Part shown: piece after piece, positions 29,085 through 38,706 of the stretch
How the letters are laid out: every line of letters starts with the position of its first letter
Numbering within the stretch: position 1 is the stretch's first letter
From: Longimicrobiales bacterium
GTDB lineage: Bacteria > Gemmatimonadota > Gemmatimonadetes > Longimicrobiales > Gaopeijiaceae
Reading direction: 5' to 3'
DNA: 64,000 nucleotides
Assembly (NCBI GenBank): GCA_963664435.2
Contig: CAXXKM010000003.1
Coordinates: forward strand, 288,001-352,000
Position numbers and translations under genes: made by a program
The notes under the pieces: generated by a model
Databases searched by the model: none
Told to the model about the DNA's origin: nothing
Seen by the model: only the letters and a program-made list of their open reading frames with translations

Positions 29085-30362
29085 TCAGCGCCCCCGCAGC
29101 TTCCGGTACAGAAGCGCCAGCACCGCCTGGGCGCTGCGCTCGCGTACCGCGCCGCGCGCCCCCGGAAAGATGCTCCGGCGCGCCCGGGTGCGGCCGTCCA
29201 GGTGGACCGCGTACCAGACCGTGCCGACGGGCTTCTCCGCCGATCCCCCGCCCGGTCCCGCAACCCCGGTCACGGCCAGCCCGGCATCGGCGCCGAAGGC
29301 CCGCGCCACTCCCTCGGCCATGGCGCGCGCCACCTCTTCGGACACCGCCCCGTTTCGGGCCAACAGCTCGCCGGAGATCCCCAGATGAGCGCGCTTGGCT
29401 TCGTCTGCATAGGTGACTATCCCGCCCAGAAAATACTCCGAGGATCCCGCCGGCTCCGTGATGCGCCGCGACACCAGGCCTCCCGTGCAGCTTTCCGCCA
29501 CCGCGAGCGAGCGCCCGGACGACGTCATTTCCGCCGCGATGCACTCGACGATGTCCCCGCTCTCGGCCGGGTAGCGGTACCTCCGCAGAATCGGCTCCAC
29601 CAGCGCCTCAACCCGATCGAGCCCCCGGGCCGCGCGGGGATCGCCCGGAGTCGCGCGCGCGCTCAGCCGAACGTCGACTCCTGTGAGCCGCGGCAGGAAG
29701 GCGATGGACACCGGACCGACATCCTCGGGAAGCCCCGCGTCGATGCGCTCGGCGAGCGAGGATTCGGCGATGCCGGTGGTGTGGAAGACGCGGTGGACGA
29801 GGGGCAGGAGGCGGTCGCCCAGGCGCTCGCGCAGCAGCGGCGCTACGCCCTCGTCGAACAACCCGCGCATCTCGGCGGGCACGCCGGGAAGGAGCACGAC
29901 CATCCGTCCCTCCACGTCGAGCACCAGCCCGGGGGCGGTCCCGACCCGGTTGGGAAGAACCAGCGCGCCCTCGGGCACCCGGCACATGCGCTCGTTGCCC
30001 GCCGGAAGCGGGGTCACGCGCCAGGTCGCCCATCGGGTCCTGAGGTCCTCGAGCAGAGCCTCGTCCAGGCGAAGGGGCCTGCGCAGCGCCTCGGCCACGA
30101 CTTCCCGCGTGATATCGTCGCCAGTAGGACCCAGGCCCCCCGTGACCAGCACGACTTCCGCAACCTCCAGAGCGCGCGCGAGCGCTCCCCGGATGTCCCG
30201 CGCACTGTCCCCGACAACGAACCTCGCCCGCACCGGGAGTCCCAGCCTCGCCGCCCGCCGGCCCATCCAGGCGCCGTTCGTGTCGACGGTGAAGCCGGCC
30301 AGGAGTTCGTCGCCCACCGCGACGATGGCGCAGCTGGCCGGAGGGGGCGCCGTGCGCGTCAG
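29085..30362 (-). CDS. cinA: CinA: molybdopterin-binding-like domain fused to NMN deamidase (PncC)
   Basis: AIVAVGDELLAG..VDTN, TGGLGPTGDDITRE, GTAPG, LPGVPAEM, AVAESCTGG, GAVSEEVARAMAEG, TGVAGPGGGS.EKPVGTV. Probable CTG start at 30362. Confidence 0.93.
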   Translation of the reverse strand: MTRTAPPPASCAIVAVGDELLAGFTVDTNGAWMGRRAARLGLPVRARFVVGDSARDIRGALARALEVAEVVLVTGGLGPTGDDITREVVAEALRRPLRLDEALLEDLRTRWATWRVTPLPAGNERMCRVPEGALVLPNRVGTAPGLVLDVEGRMVVLLPGVPAEMRGLFDEGVAPLLRERLGDRLLPLVHRVFHTTGIAESSLAERIDAGLPEDVGPVSIAFLPRLTGVDVRLSARATPGDPRAARGLDRVEALVEPILRRYRYPAESGDIVECIAAEMTSSGRSLAVAESCTGGLVSRRITEPAGSSEYFLGGIVTYADEAKRAHLGISGELLARNGAVSEEVARAMAEGVARAFGADAGLAVTGVAGPGGGSAEKPVGTVWYAVHLDGRTRARRSIFPGARGAVRERSAQAVLALLYRKLRGR

Positions 30363-30999
30363 CGGTTGCTCCCGGCCAGGCCCCGATTGCGCCAGAAGTA
30401 GAACCCCATCGAATAGATGGTCAGCACCAGCGCAAGCAGCAGGGTCAGGCCGATGACTGCGCCGTGGAAGTGGACCCACGCATCCCAGATGGTCCCGCTC
30501 CAGCTTTCCTGCTCGGCGAGCGGACCAGGGCGTACCACAGGAGCACGGCTCCCATGAACACGTTCTGCAGGAGGGCCTTGTACTTGCCGGGACGGTCGGC
30601 GGCGATCACCACCCCCTGCCGCACGGCGAAGCCCCGCAGCAGGGTCACCATCAGCTCGCGCCCGAAGAGCACCACGAGCACCCAGAGGGGCAATTCGCCC
30701 CACCAGGGGATCTCGCCTCCTCCCTCCGGACGGTGGGAGACGATATAGATGGGCACGAGGGTGGACGCCATCAGCAGCTTGTCGGCGATGGGGTCCAGCA
30801 GCTTGCCCAGGTCGCTGATGAGGTTGTGCTTACGCGCCAGGTAGCCGTCCCACACGTCGCTCAGGGCCGCCGCCAGAAAGAGCCCGAACGTGGCCGCGAG
30901 GACCGTGCCGTCGGACGACAGGGCCAGGAAGAAGATCGCGGGACAGACGGCGATCCGCGAAAGCGTAATGATGTTGGGAAGATTCCGTTGGCTCGCCAT
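30359..30999 (-). pseudogene. pgsA: CDP-diacylglycerol--glycerol-3-phosphate phosphatidyltransferase with an apparent 1-nt deletion near 30520
   Basis: NLPNIITLSRI, DVWDGYLARK...GKLLDPIADK, GRELMVT, GKYK. After WYALV-cg the membrane-protein-like text continues in another frame (LAEQESWSG...LTIYSMGFYF). The span is 641 nt, one short of 214 codons. May be a sequencing error. Confidence 0.8.
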
Positions 31000-31008
31000 T
31001 GCCGGACC

Positions 31009-31587
31009 TCAGCGAAGCGACTTCACCACCAGCCTGCTCACTGTGGCAAGCGTCTCGAAGACGCCCTTGCCCTCCGTGGCGACGCTCTCGAAATCGGGCA
31101 AGCCGGCCGGGTTCAGGTGTGCGCGCAACTCGTTCACCGGAAGGATGTCGGGCAGGTCGCGCTTGTTGTACTGGATCACGAAGGGGAGACGGGAGACATC
31201 GTACCCTCCCGCGTCCAGGGTATCGTAGAGACTCTGCATCGCCTCCGCGTTGGCTTCGTCGCGATCGATCTGTGAATCCGCGACGAAGACGACCCCGTCC
31301 ACGCCCTTCAGGAGAAGCTGGCGCCTGCCTTCAAAATAGGCCTGGCCGGGCACCGTGTAGAGGTGGAAGCGGGTCCGGAGGCCTCCCACGACGCCCAGAT
31401 CGAGGGCCAGGAAGTCGAACAGCAGGGTGCTGCCCCGCCTGGTGGCCAGGGAAATGAGCTTGCCCCGGTTTCGCGGATCGACGCGCCGGTGTACGTACTC
31501 GACATTGGTGGTCTTGCCTCCCAGCCCCGGCCCGTAGTAGAGGATCTTGCAGTGGATCTCCCGGCCGGCGTAGTTCGTCATCGGCAT
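31009..31587 (-). CDS. mglA: MglA-family small GTPase
   Basis: NY..REI.CKILYYGPGLGGKTTN (G1), TRFHLYTVPGQ (G3), LKGVDGVVFVADSQ, QYNKRDLP (G4), GVFETL. Confidence 0.93.
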   Translation of the reverse strand: MPMTNYAGREIHCKILYYGPGLGGKTTNVEYVHRRVDPRNRGKLISLATRRGSTLLFDFLALDLGVVGGLRTRFHLYTVPGQAYFEGRRQLLLKGVDGVVFVADSQIDRDEANAEAMQSLYDTLDAGGYDVSRLPFVIQYNKRDLPDILPVNELRAHLNPAGLPDFESVATEGKGVFETLATVSRLVVKSLR

Positions 31588-31591
31588 GGGT

Positions 31592-31906
31592 TCACGCCAT
31601 CTTCTCGCTCAGTCCGGTTTCCAGAACCGCCAGCTCGCCCTCCATCCGCGCCTCGATGGCCCGGGCCCGGTCGCGGAGCAGCTTGCGGGGCTCCCAGGCC
31701 ATGTAGTCCCTCAGCAGGTTTACCGTGTTCACGGAGGCGCGCGCGCGCGCCATGTGCCCCAGAGCCGCCAGCCGGCGAAAGACCCGGGGGCTGAAGAGGT
31801 CCCTCTGGTGTCGGGTCATCTGGTCGTGCGCGACCAGGACCGCGACGCCCGCGACCCCCACGACCAGCAGCGCCACCAGCCCCACCTTCTTCAGCTTCCT
31901 GTTCAT
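31592..31906 (-). CDS. Hypothetical protein with N-terminal membrane anchor
   Basis: GGAG upstream, basic N-terminus plus a hydrophobic helix, helical soluble part. Sits between recR and mglA. Confidence 0.75.
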   Translation of the reverse strand: MNRKLKKVGLVALLVVGVAGVAVLVAHDQMTRHQRDLFSPRVFRRLAALGHMARARASVNTVNLLRDYMAWEPRKLLRDRARAIEARMEGELAVLETGLSEKMA

Positions 31907-31942
31907 CTGTTGGCTCCCTCCCCCGGGCGCCGATTCCGGTCG

Positions 31943-32536
31943 CTACATTTCACGGCGCATTTCCAGTGCCTGTGCGAGCGTCGTCCCATCCACGAATTCC
32001 AGGTCGCTGCCCACCGGAACGCCCGTGGCGAGACGCGTCACTCTCAGGTCCATCGGCCTGAGCCGACGTTCGATATACACCGCCGTCGCCTCGCCTTCAA
32101 CCCGCGGGTTGGTGGCGAGGATGATTTCACGCACCTCCCCTTCCGCCGAACGGATGCGCTCGAACAGCGCCCGCAGGTTCAACTCCTCGGGCCCGATCCC
32201 GTCCAGCGGGGACAGGCGACCGCCCAGCACGTGGTACACCCCCCCGTACCTTCCGGTGCGCTCCACCGCCCCGACATCGAAGCTCCCCTCGACCACGCAG
32301 ATGGTGGAGGCGTCGCGGCGCGGGTTGGAACATATCGCGCAGAGTTCCTCGTCGCCGAAGTTTCCGCACCTGGCACAGGGACGTACGCGCTCCGCCAGGA
32401 TTTCGACGGCGGCGGCAAGTCTCCGGGATTCTTCCGGGCCCGTGCGCAGCAGGTGATGCACCAGGCGGAGCGCCGTCCTGGGACCGACCCCCGGGAGCCG
32501 GGAGAATTCGCCGGTGACCCGGTCGATCACCGACAC
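31943..32536 (-). CDS. recR: Recombination mediator RecR
   Basis: LPGVGPRTA.RL HhH, CxxC...CxxC zinc finger, YHVLGG.LSPLDGIGP, ILATNP..EGEATA Toprim, G.PVGSDLEFVD. Confidence 0.97.
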   Translation of the reverse strand: MSVIDRVTGEFSRLPGVGPRTALRLVHHLLRTGPEESRRLAAAVEILAERVRPCARCGNFGDEELCAICSNPRRDASTICVVEGSFDVGAVERTGRYGGVYHVLGGRLSPLDGIGPEELNLRALFERIRSAEGEVREIILATNPRVEGEATAVYIERRLRPMDLRVTRLATGVPVGSDLEFVDGTTLAQALEMRREM

Positions 32537-32605
32537 CGAGGCTTCCCGCGCAAGTCTGCCTGACGCCCGCCGCCCGCCCGGTCGTCCGCCAGCGGGGACA
32601 GGGTA

Positions 32606-32929
32606 CTAGAAGAGTTTGGGAAGCTGTCCCGGCATCGGAAACCCGCCGGTCATCTTCTTCATCTCGCCCTCGTAGTGCTGGCGCGCCTTGTTCTGCGCCT
32701 CCGCCAGCGCGGCGAGAACCAGGTCCTCGAGCATCTCGACATCGCCGGGATCCACCGCCGAAGGCTCGATCGTGATGCTCCGCACGGTGCCCTTGCCGTC
32801 CACTACCGCGGTAACCATGCCTCCGCCGGAGGACGCGCTCAGCTCGTGGCGGTCCAGGTTGTCCTGAAGCTCGGTAACCCGGCTCTGCATCTGCTGTCCC
32901 AACTGGATGAGCCGCTGCAGATCTTTCAT
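32606..32929 (-). CDS. ybaB: YbaB/EbfC nucleoid-associated protein
   Basis: SGGGMVTAVVDGKG, DVEMLEDLVLAA, located between dnaX and recR. Confidence 0.95.
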   Translation of the reverse strand: MKDLQRLIQLGQQMQSRVTELQDNLDRHELSASSGGGMVTAVVDGKGTVRSITIEPSAVDPGDVEMLEDLVLAALAEAQNKARQHYEGEMKKMTGGFPMPGQLPKLF

Positions 32930-32963
32930 CGAGTGATTCTCAAGGCGAAGGTGTGTAGGCGCG

Positions 32964-34796
32964 CTAATCCACCAATTCGAGGTCGAATGCTTCTACCGCC
33001 CGTGCCAGGAGTGGTTCCCGCTCCACCAGCTCCTCGAGACGCTCCTGCCGTACCTGTTGCGGAGACACCGTGCGGGGTCCGGAAGGGCGCTCGTTCCGGC
33101 CTTCGCCGAAGTCGATCTCCGGCGCGTAGCCGAGCTGATCGGCCAGCGCCTTCCTGAGGGAAGGGACGGAGTTGGGCGGAAGGTCTTCGCGCGTCATGCC
33201 GTGAGGAAGGGCTACACGGAGTCCGCGCTCTCCCGCGTTCTCTACATGGGCGCCCCGAAGGACGGTGGTCAGGCCCCCGCGCAGCTTGCCCCGGCCCCTG
33301 GAAAGCAAGCGCGCGAACGCCGCGGCAGGATCCCCGTCGGCGGTGACGGAAGGTGTGACCGGCTCCGGGGCCGGCGAGGCGGCGACGGACGAAGCGTGCC
33401 GGGGTTCGCCGGGCCGGGGCTCGGAGGCGGCGAGCTTTGGCCCGGTTCCGGCCGGCTGAGGCCCGGATCCGCCGGGTTGAGGCCCGGAGGCGCGCCGGGA
33501 TGAGCCGGAGGCTGGTGGAGCGCTGGAGCCACGGTGTGCGGAGGCTGTTGCGCGTGTCGCCGCTCGCGGCTTGCTTCCGGCCTTCGGGCGGAACCCGGAT
33601 GCGGGTCGGGCCGGGGCCGGCTCCGGATCCGCCGCCGGCCGTGCGGGCGCGCCCCCGAGCCCCTCGATCAGGTCCTCGATGCGGACGGTTCGATCCAGGT
33701 AGCTCAGGCGCAGCAGAAGGAGTTCGACCAGTACGCGCGGCTGGCTCACCCGCTTCAGGCTTCCCTGGGACTCGAGATCGGCCGCCATCGCCAGCATGCG
33801 CACCAGATCGGCGGCTTCGAAGTCGCGGGCGCGTGCCTCCAGGGCGGCGCGGTACTCGCTTCCCGCATCGACGGATCCCTCGCCGTCCAGGCGGACCCGC
33901 AGGAGCAGGCGCAGGCTCTCCACCAGGCCGTGATAGAATTCCACCAGGTCGTATCCCTCGTCCACTAAGGCTTCGACGAAGGCGAAGACATCCCGGTGGC
34001 GGTGCCCGATGATGATGTCGAAGAGTTCGAGGAAGCGTTCCTCCTCGACCAGACCGAGCACCTCCCGCACCGACCGGGCCGCGACCTCGCCCTCGGTGAG
34101 CGCCAAAACCTGGTCGAGGAGGGACAAGGCGTCGCGCATCCCGCCATCGGCCTTGCGCGCGATGATGCGCAACGCTTCCGCGGAGGCCCGGGCCTGCTCG
34201 CTCTTGATCACCTGGTCGAGCCTGGCGACGATGTCGGCCACCCCGACGCGCCGGAAGTCGAACCGCTGGCAGCGCGAAAGGATGGGCGATGCGGACTGCT
34301 GGATGCGCTGGGGCTCGGTGGTGGCGAAGATGAACATCACCCGCGGAGGCGGCTCCTCCAGGATCTTGAGCAGGGCGTTCCAGGCCTCGCGCGTGAGCAT
34401 GTGCGCCTCGTCGACGATATACACCTTGAAGCGATGCTCGTCGGAGGGCGCGTACATCGCCCGCTCGCGCAGGCTGCGGGCGTCGTCGACGCCCCGGTTG
34501 GAGGCCGCATCGATTTCGACGACATCCAGCGATGTGCGGCCACTCCAGATGAGCGAGCAGCTCTCGCACGTCCCGCAGGGTTCGCCCTCGCTGCCTCGCG
34601 CGGGGCAGTTGAGCGACATGGCCAGCACCCGCGCCAGTGTGGTCTTGCCGACGCCCCGTGGACCGCAGAAGAGATAGGCGTGGCCGGCGCGCCCCGAGCT
34701 TACCGCCCGCCGCAGCGTCTCGGAGACATGTTCCTGGGTCGCCACCTCGGCGAAGCGCCGGGGACGGTACTTGCGGGCTAGCGCGGTATGGGACAC
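32964..34796 (-). CDS. dnaX: DNA polymerase III subunit gamma/tau
   Basis: ALARKYRP, GPRGVGKTT, EPCGTCESC, EIDAASNRGVDD, IVDEAHML, NALLKILEEPP, ILSRCQRFDF, GGMRDALSLLDQ. Confidence 0.97.
   Translation of the reverse strand: MSHTALARKYRPRRFAEVATQEHVSETLRRAVSSGRAGHAYLFCGPRGVGKTTLARVLAMSLNCPARGSEGEPCGTCESCSLIWSGRTSLDVVEIDAASNRGVDDARSLRERAMYAPSDEHRFKVYIVDEAHMLTREAWNALLKILEEPPPRVMFIFATTEPQRIQQSASPILSRCQRFDFRRVGVADIVARLDQVIKSEQARASAEALRIIARKADGGMRDALSLLDQVLALTEGEVAARSVREVLGLVEEERFLELFDIIIGHRHRDVFAFVEALVDEGYDLVEFYHGLVESLRLLLRVRLDGEGSVDAGSEYRAALEARARDFEAADLVRMLAMAADLESQGSLKRVSQPRVLVELLLLRLSYLDRTVRIEDLIEGLGGAPARPAADPEPAPARPASGFRPKAGSKPRAATRATASAHRGSSAPPASGSSRRASGPQPGGSGPQPAGTGPKLAASEPRPGEPRHASSVAASPAPEPVTPSVTADGDPAAAFARLLSRGRGKLRGGLTTVLRGAHVENAGERGLRVALPHGMTREDLPPNSVPSLRKALADQLGYAPEIDFGEGRNERPSGPRTVSPQQVRQERLEELVEREPLLARAVEAFDLELVD
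33440..33490. repeat. About 2.4 imperfect 21-bp repeats in the DnaX linker
   Basis: gcccggttccggccggctgag / gcccggatccgccgggttgag / gcccggagg, encoding SGPQPGG SGPQPAG TGPK. Confidence 0.7.
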
Positions 34797-34824
34797 GCGG
34801 GTTCAGCGGCGGGAGAAATGAGAA

Positions 34825-34923
34825 TGCCCCAGGTGAGCCGCAGCCACGATCGCCGCACGTACCGCTGCTGCCTGCACGGCCCTGACGGGGTTCGGTGGGT
34901 CTTCGCTCTGCGGACCTGGGGCA
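34825..34923 (-). ncRNA. ffs: Signal recognition particle RNA (small bacterial 4.5S type)
   Basis: Minus strand closes with a tgccccaggt/acctggggca stem and has domain IV GAACCCCGTCAGG-GCC-GTGCA-GGC-AGCAGC. It lies just upstream of dnaX, a common position. Confidence 0.92.
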
Positions 34924-34929
34924 CGCAGC

Positions 34930-34958
34930 AATCTGGATTCGGGGGTGCCGCGCGTCAA
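34930..34958 (-). promoter_or_regulatory. Candidate sigma70-like promoter for ffs
   Basis: Minus strand TTGACG-N17-CAGATT ending about 6 nt before the predicted SRP RNA 5' end. Confidence 0.6.
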
Positions 34959-35035
34959 GCGGAAGCAGGGTCGCGCGCAGCCGTTGCCGAACGCTCTCCG
35001 GCACTCGGGCGGATGGATCGATCCGGGGCCGGCGG

Positions 35036-35413
35036 CTACAGGCGCCACGCATCGGGGACATGCTCGATGCGCGGTGCTTCCGGCGGATCGCGCGTGGCGC
35101 CGAACCGGACCGCCACCGCGTCGAAGCGCAGCGACAGTCCCCGCAACCCCCCGCGGGCCCGCAACCACGCGCGGGCGACCTTGGCGATCTCGCCCTTCTT
35201 GCGTGCCGTGATGGCCTCGAGCGGGTGGCCGAAGCCATCTCCCCGCCGCGCCTTGACCTCCACGAAGGCCACCGTGCGCCCGCGTCCCACGATCAGGTCC
35301 ACTTCGTTGCGGCTGGCGCGATAGTTGCGCTCGAGCACGGTCCAGCCCGCGTCCTCGAGATAGCGCGCCGCCATGGCTTCGCCCTCGCGCCCCACCTGTC
35401 CGCCCGTCGTCAT
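35036..35413 (-). CDS. yraN: YraN family putative endonuclease
   Basis: GREGEAMAARYL, ERNYR, EVDLI, FVEVKAR, EAIT.RK, RFDAVAV. Confidence 0.93.
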   Translation of the reverse strand: MTTGGQVGREGEAMAARYLEDAGWTVLERNYRASRNEVDLIVGRGRTVAFVEVKARRGDGFGHPLEAITARKKGEIAKVARAWLRARGGLRGLSLRFDAVAVRFGATRDPPEAPRIEHVPDAWRL

Positions 35414-35466
35414 GAATCAATGTGCGGGCGCAGCACGGGCGATGGAATGGGCCTGTGGGACCGCGG

Positions 35467-37131
35467 CTATTCAAGCATCGGGAGGCGGATTCCCTCGTGC
35501 CGGGCGGTCCGGAGGGCCACGGGATAGCCGGCGTCGGCGTGGCGTGCGACCCCGATGCCCGGATCGTTGGTGAGCACCCGTTCGATTCGTGCGCGCATCC
35601 CGGGCGTGCCGTCGGCGACCACGACCTGGCCCGCGTGCAGCGAGTAGCCGATGCCGACCCCGCCGCCGTGGTGGAAGGACACCCAGCTCGCCCCCGACGC
35701 GGTGTTCAGCAGCGCGTTCAGGATCGGCCAGTCGGCGATGGCGTCGCTGCCGTCGCGCATGGCTTCGGTTTCGCGGTTGGGGGAGGCGACGCTCCCGGTG
35801 TCCAGGTGGTCGCGGCCGATGACCACCGGTGCGCTTACCTCCCCGCTGGCCACCAGGTCGTTGATGGCGCAACCGAAACGCGCCCGCTCCCCCTGCCCCA
35901 GCCAGCAGATGCGCGCCGGAAGGCCCTGAAACGCGACCTCCTCGCGGGCCAGCCGGATCCAGCGGCACAGATGCTCGTCGCCGGAGAACATCTCCAGCAC
36001 CAGATCGTCGATGCGGTGGATGTCGGCCGGGTCGCCCGAAAGCGCGGCCCAGCGGAAGGGGCCCTTGCCCTCGCAGAACAGGTCGCGGATATAGGCGGGC
36101 ACGAACCCGGGATAGGCGAAGGCGTTCTTCAGCCCGGCCACCCGGGCGAACCCGCGCAGGTTGTTGCCGTAGTCGAACGCCACCGCCCCGGCCTCCTGCA
36201 TCGCGACGATGGCCGCGCAGTGAGCGCGCATGGAGGAGAGCGAGCGCCGCTGGTATTCCTCCGGGTCGGCCTCGCGCAGGTGCGCGGCTTCCGCGAGGGA
36301 GAGGCCGGCCGGGACATATCCGCCCAGCGGGTCGTGCGCGGAAGTCTGGTCGGTGACCACATCCGGGGTGACCCCGCGCGCCACCAGTTCGGGAAGGACC
36401 TCGGCGCAGTTGCCGACCAGCCCGACCGAAACCGCCCTGCCCGACCGCGCCGCGCGGCGCACCCACTCCAGAGCTTCGTCCAGATCGTGGGTCATGCGGT
36501 CGCAGTAGCGGGTCGCGATACGCCTTTCGATGCGCTCGGCGTCGACCTCGACGCACAGGATGGCCCCCTCGTTCATGGTGGCGGCGAGCGGCTGTGCTCC
36601 GCCCATGCCTCCCATCCCCCCGGTCAGCACCCAGTTGCCGCGCAGAGACGCCCCGAAGTGCTTGCGGGCGAGCGCGCCGAAGGTCTCGTAGGTGCCCTGC
36701 AGGATGCCCTGGGTGCCGATGTAGATCCACGACCCCGCGGTCATCTGCCCGAACATGATGAGGCCGCGCCGCTCCAGTTCCCGGAAGTGCTCCCAGGTCG
36801 CCCAGTTGCCGACCAGGTTGGCGTTCGCGATGAGGACGCGTGGCGCCTCGGCGTGGGTGCGGAAGACCCCCACGGGCTTTCCGGACTGGACGAGCAGGGT
36901 TTCGTCGTCGGCAAGGTCGCGAAGGGTGCGCACGATGGCGTCGAAGGCGTCCCAGGAGCGCGCCGCCCTGCCCGTGCCGCCGTACACCACCAGGTCGTCG
37001 GGGGCTTCCGCGACCTCGGGATCGAGGTTGTTCATGAGCATGCGCAGAGCGGCCTCCTGGGTCCAGCCGCGGCACGAGATGCGCGCGCCCCTCGGGGCCC
37101 GCACGGTGCGGGTCTGCTGCGTACGGGTCAT
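35467..37131 (-). CDS. hutU: Urocanate hydratase
   Basis: [81 protein letters not shown]. Confidence 0.98.
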   Translation of the reverse strand: MTRTQQTRTVRAPRGARISCRGWTQEAALRMLMNNLDPEVAEAPDDLVVYGGTGRAARSWDAFDAIVRTLRDLADDETLLVQSGKPVGVFRTHAEAPRVLIANANLVGNWATWEHFRELERRGLIMFGQMTAGSWIYIGTQGILQGTYETFGALARKHFGASLRGNWVLTGGMGGMGGAQPLAATMNEGAILCVEVDAERIERRIATRYCDRMTHDLDEALEWVRRAARSGRAVSVGLVGNCAEVLPELVARGVTPDVVTDQTSAHDPLGGYVPAGLSLAEAAHLREADPEEYQRRSLSSMRAHCAAIVAMQEAGAVAFDYGNNLRGFARVAGLKNAFAYPGFVPAYIRDLFCEGKGPFRWAALSGDPADIHRIDDLVLEMFSGDEHLCRWIRLAREEVAFQGLPARICWLGQGERARFGCAINDLVASGEVSAPVVIGRDHLDTGSVASPNRETEAMRDGSDAIADWPILNALLNTASGASWVSFHHGGGVGIGYSLHAGQVVVADGTPGMRARIERVLTNDPGIGVARHADAGYPVALRTARHEGIRLPMLE

Positions 37132-38699
37132 GAGCCTCCTCCTGCGCCTCGGGTGATGCCGGCGATGGCGCCCGAGGCCACCAGGTCGGCGAGGGCCTCC
37201 AGGTCCGCGGTCAGCGACCGGTCGCCCGCCAGCGTCGCAACCCGCGAGCGGACGAGTGCGTGAACCTCTTCGACCGCGTCACTCGAACGCAGCGGACGGC
37301 GGTAGTCGATGCCCTGCGCCGCGCACAGGAGTTCGGCGGCCAGGATGCGTTCCAGGCAGGACACCGCCCGCCGCGCCTTGCGCGCGGCCGCGAGCCCCAT
37401 GGCGACGTGGTCTTCCTGGCCGGCGCTGGTCGGCACCGAGTCGACGCTCGCCGGGTGGGCCAGGACGCGCATCTCCGAAAGCAGGTCGGCGACCACCACC
37501 TGCGCGACCATCAGGCCGCTCTCCAGCCCCGGGCGACGGGCAAGAAACGCGGGCAGCCCGAGCGACAGGTCGGGGTTGATGAGCCGCTCGACGCGGCGCT
37601 CGCACATGGACGCCACGTCCGCCACCGCGATCGCGAGCAGGTCGAGTGCCTGCGCCACGATCTGGGCATGGAAATTTCCTCCGGAGAGGACTTCGCGGGA
37701 TTCGCCGGAACGCCCTTCCGCCACCGGGAACACGAGGGGATTGTCGGTCGCGCTGTTCACCTCCACCTCGAGGATGCCGCGCGCATGGCCGAGTGCGGCG
37801 CGGGCCGCCCCGTGCACCTGCGGGATGCAGCGGAGCGAGTAGGCGTCCTGGACTCGCGGGTCTCCGACCCGGTGCGACTCCCGAATCTCGGATCCCGCAA
37901 TGAGCGCGTGCAGACGGGCGGCGGATACCGCCTGCCCGGCGTGGGGGCGCGCGGCCTGGATCTCCGGCCGGAACGCCTCGGGCGTCCCCAGGAGGGCTTC
38001 CACCGACATCGCGCCGCTCGCCTCGGCCGTGTCCAGCGCCCGCTCCGCGGCCAGGAGCGCCAGAACCCCCAGTGCGGTGGTCGCCTGGGTTCCGTTGATG
38101 AGCGCGAGGCCCTCCTTCGGTCCCAGTTCGATCGGCGCCAGGCCGACGTCGGCAAGGATTTCGTCCATGGCACGCTGCTCGCCGCCCATTTCGGCCTGCC
38201 CCGCACCCAGAAGGCTCAGGGCGACGTGCGCCAGGGGAGCCAGATCGCCGCTCGCACCGACCGACCCGAACTCCGGGATGACGGGGTGGATGCCGCGGTC
38301 GAGCATGTGCAGCAGGCGCTCTACGAGCCTGGTGCGGCACCCCGAATGTCCGCGGGCCAGAGCGTTGGCGCGCAACAGCATGATGGCGCGCACGCACTCG
38401 CGCGGGAGGGGCTCGCCGACGCCCGAGGCGTGGCTGCGAATGAGATTGTGCTGCAGGGCGCTCCGGTCCTCCGGGGCAATCACCACCTCGGCGAGACGCC
38501 CGAACCCGGTGGTCATGCCGTAGACCGGCTCCCCCGAGCCGATCAGCCGGTCGATCGTCGCCCGGGAGGCCCGCATGCGCCCGGCGGCGGCGGCGTCCAG
38601 AAAGAGGTGCGGCGTGCCGGGGGCCGCGCGCGCCACTTCCTCCACCGCCTCAAGCGTGAGCGAATGTCCGTCGATCGGGATCTCGGTCGGGGCGTCCAA
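37128..38699 (-). CDS. hutH: Histidine ammonia-lyase
   Basis: [20 protein letters not shown] motif [45 protein letters not shown]. Adjacent to hutU. Confidence 0.96.
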   Translation of the reverse strand: MDAPTEIPIDGHSLTLEAVEEVARAAPGTPHLFLDAAAAGRMRASRATIDRLIGSGEPVYGMTTGFGRLAEVVIAPEDRSALQHNLIRSHASGVGEPLPRECVRAIMLLRANALARGHSGCRTRLVERLLHMLDRGIHPVIPEFGSVGASGDLAPLAHVALSLLGAGQAEMGGEQRAMDEILADVGLAPIELGPKEGLALINGTQATTALGVLALLAAERALDTAEASGAMSVEALLGTPEAFRPEIQAARPHAGQAVSAARLHALIAGSEIRESHRVGDPRVQDAYSLRCIPQVHGAARAALGHARGILEVEVNSATDNPLVFPVAEGRSGESREVLSGGNFHAQIVAQALDLLAIAVADVASMCERRVERLINPDLSLGLPAFLARRPGLESGLMVAQVVVADLLSEMRVLAHPASVDSVPTSAGQEDHVAMGLAAARKARRAVSCLERILAAELLCAAQGIDYRRPLRSSDAVEEVHALVRSRVATLAGDRSLTADLEALADLVASGAIAGITRGAGGGS

Positions 38700-38706
38700 T
38701 AATCGG

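Noticed and set aside
32964..34796. Programmed -1 frameshift producing the gamma subunit of DnaX
   Set aside because: No A-AAA-AAG or poly-A slippery run was seen on the coding strand.
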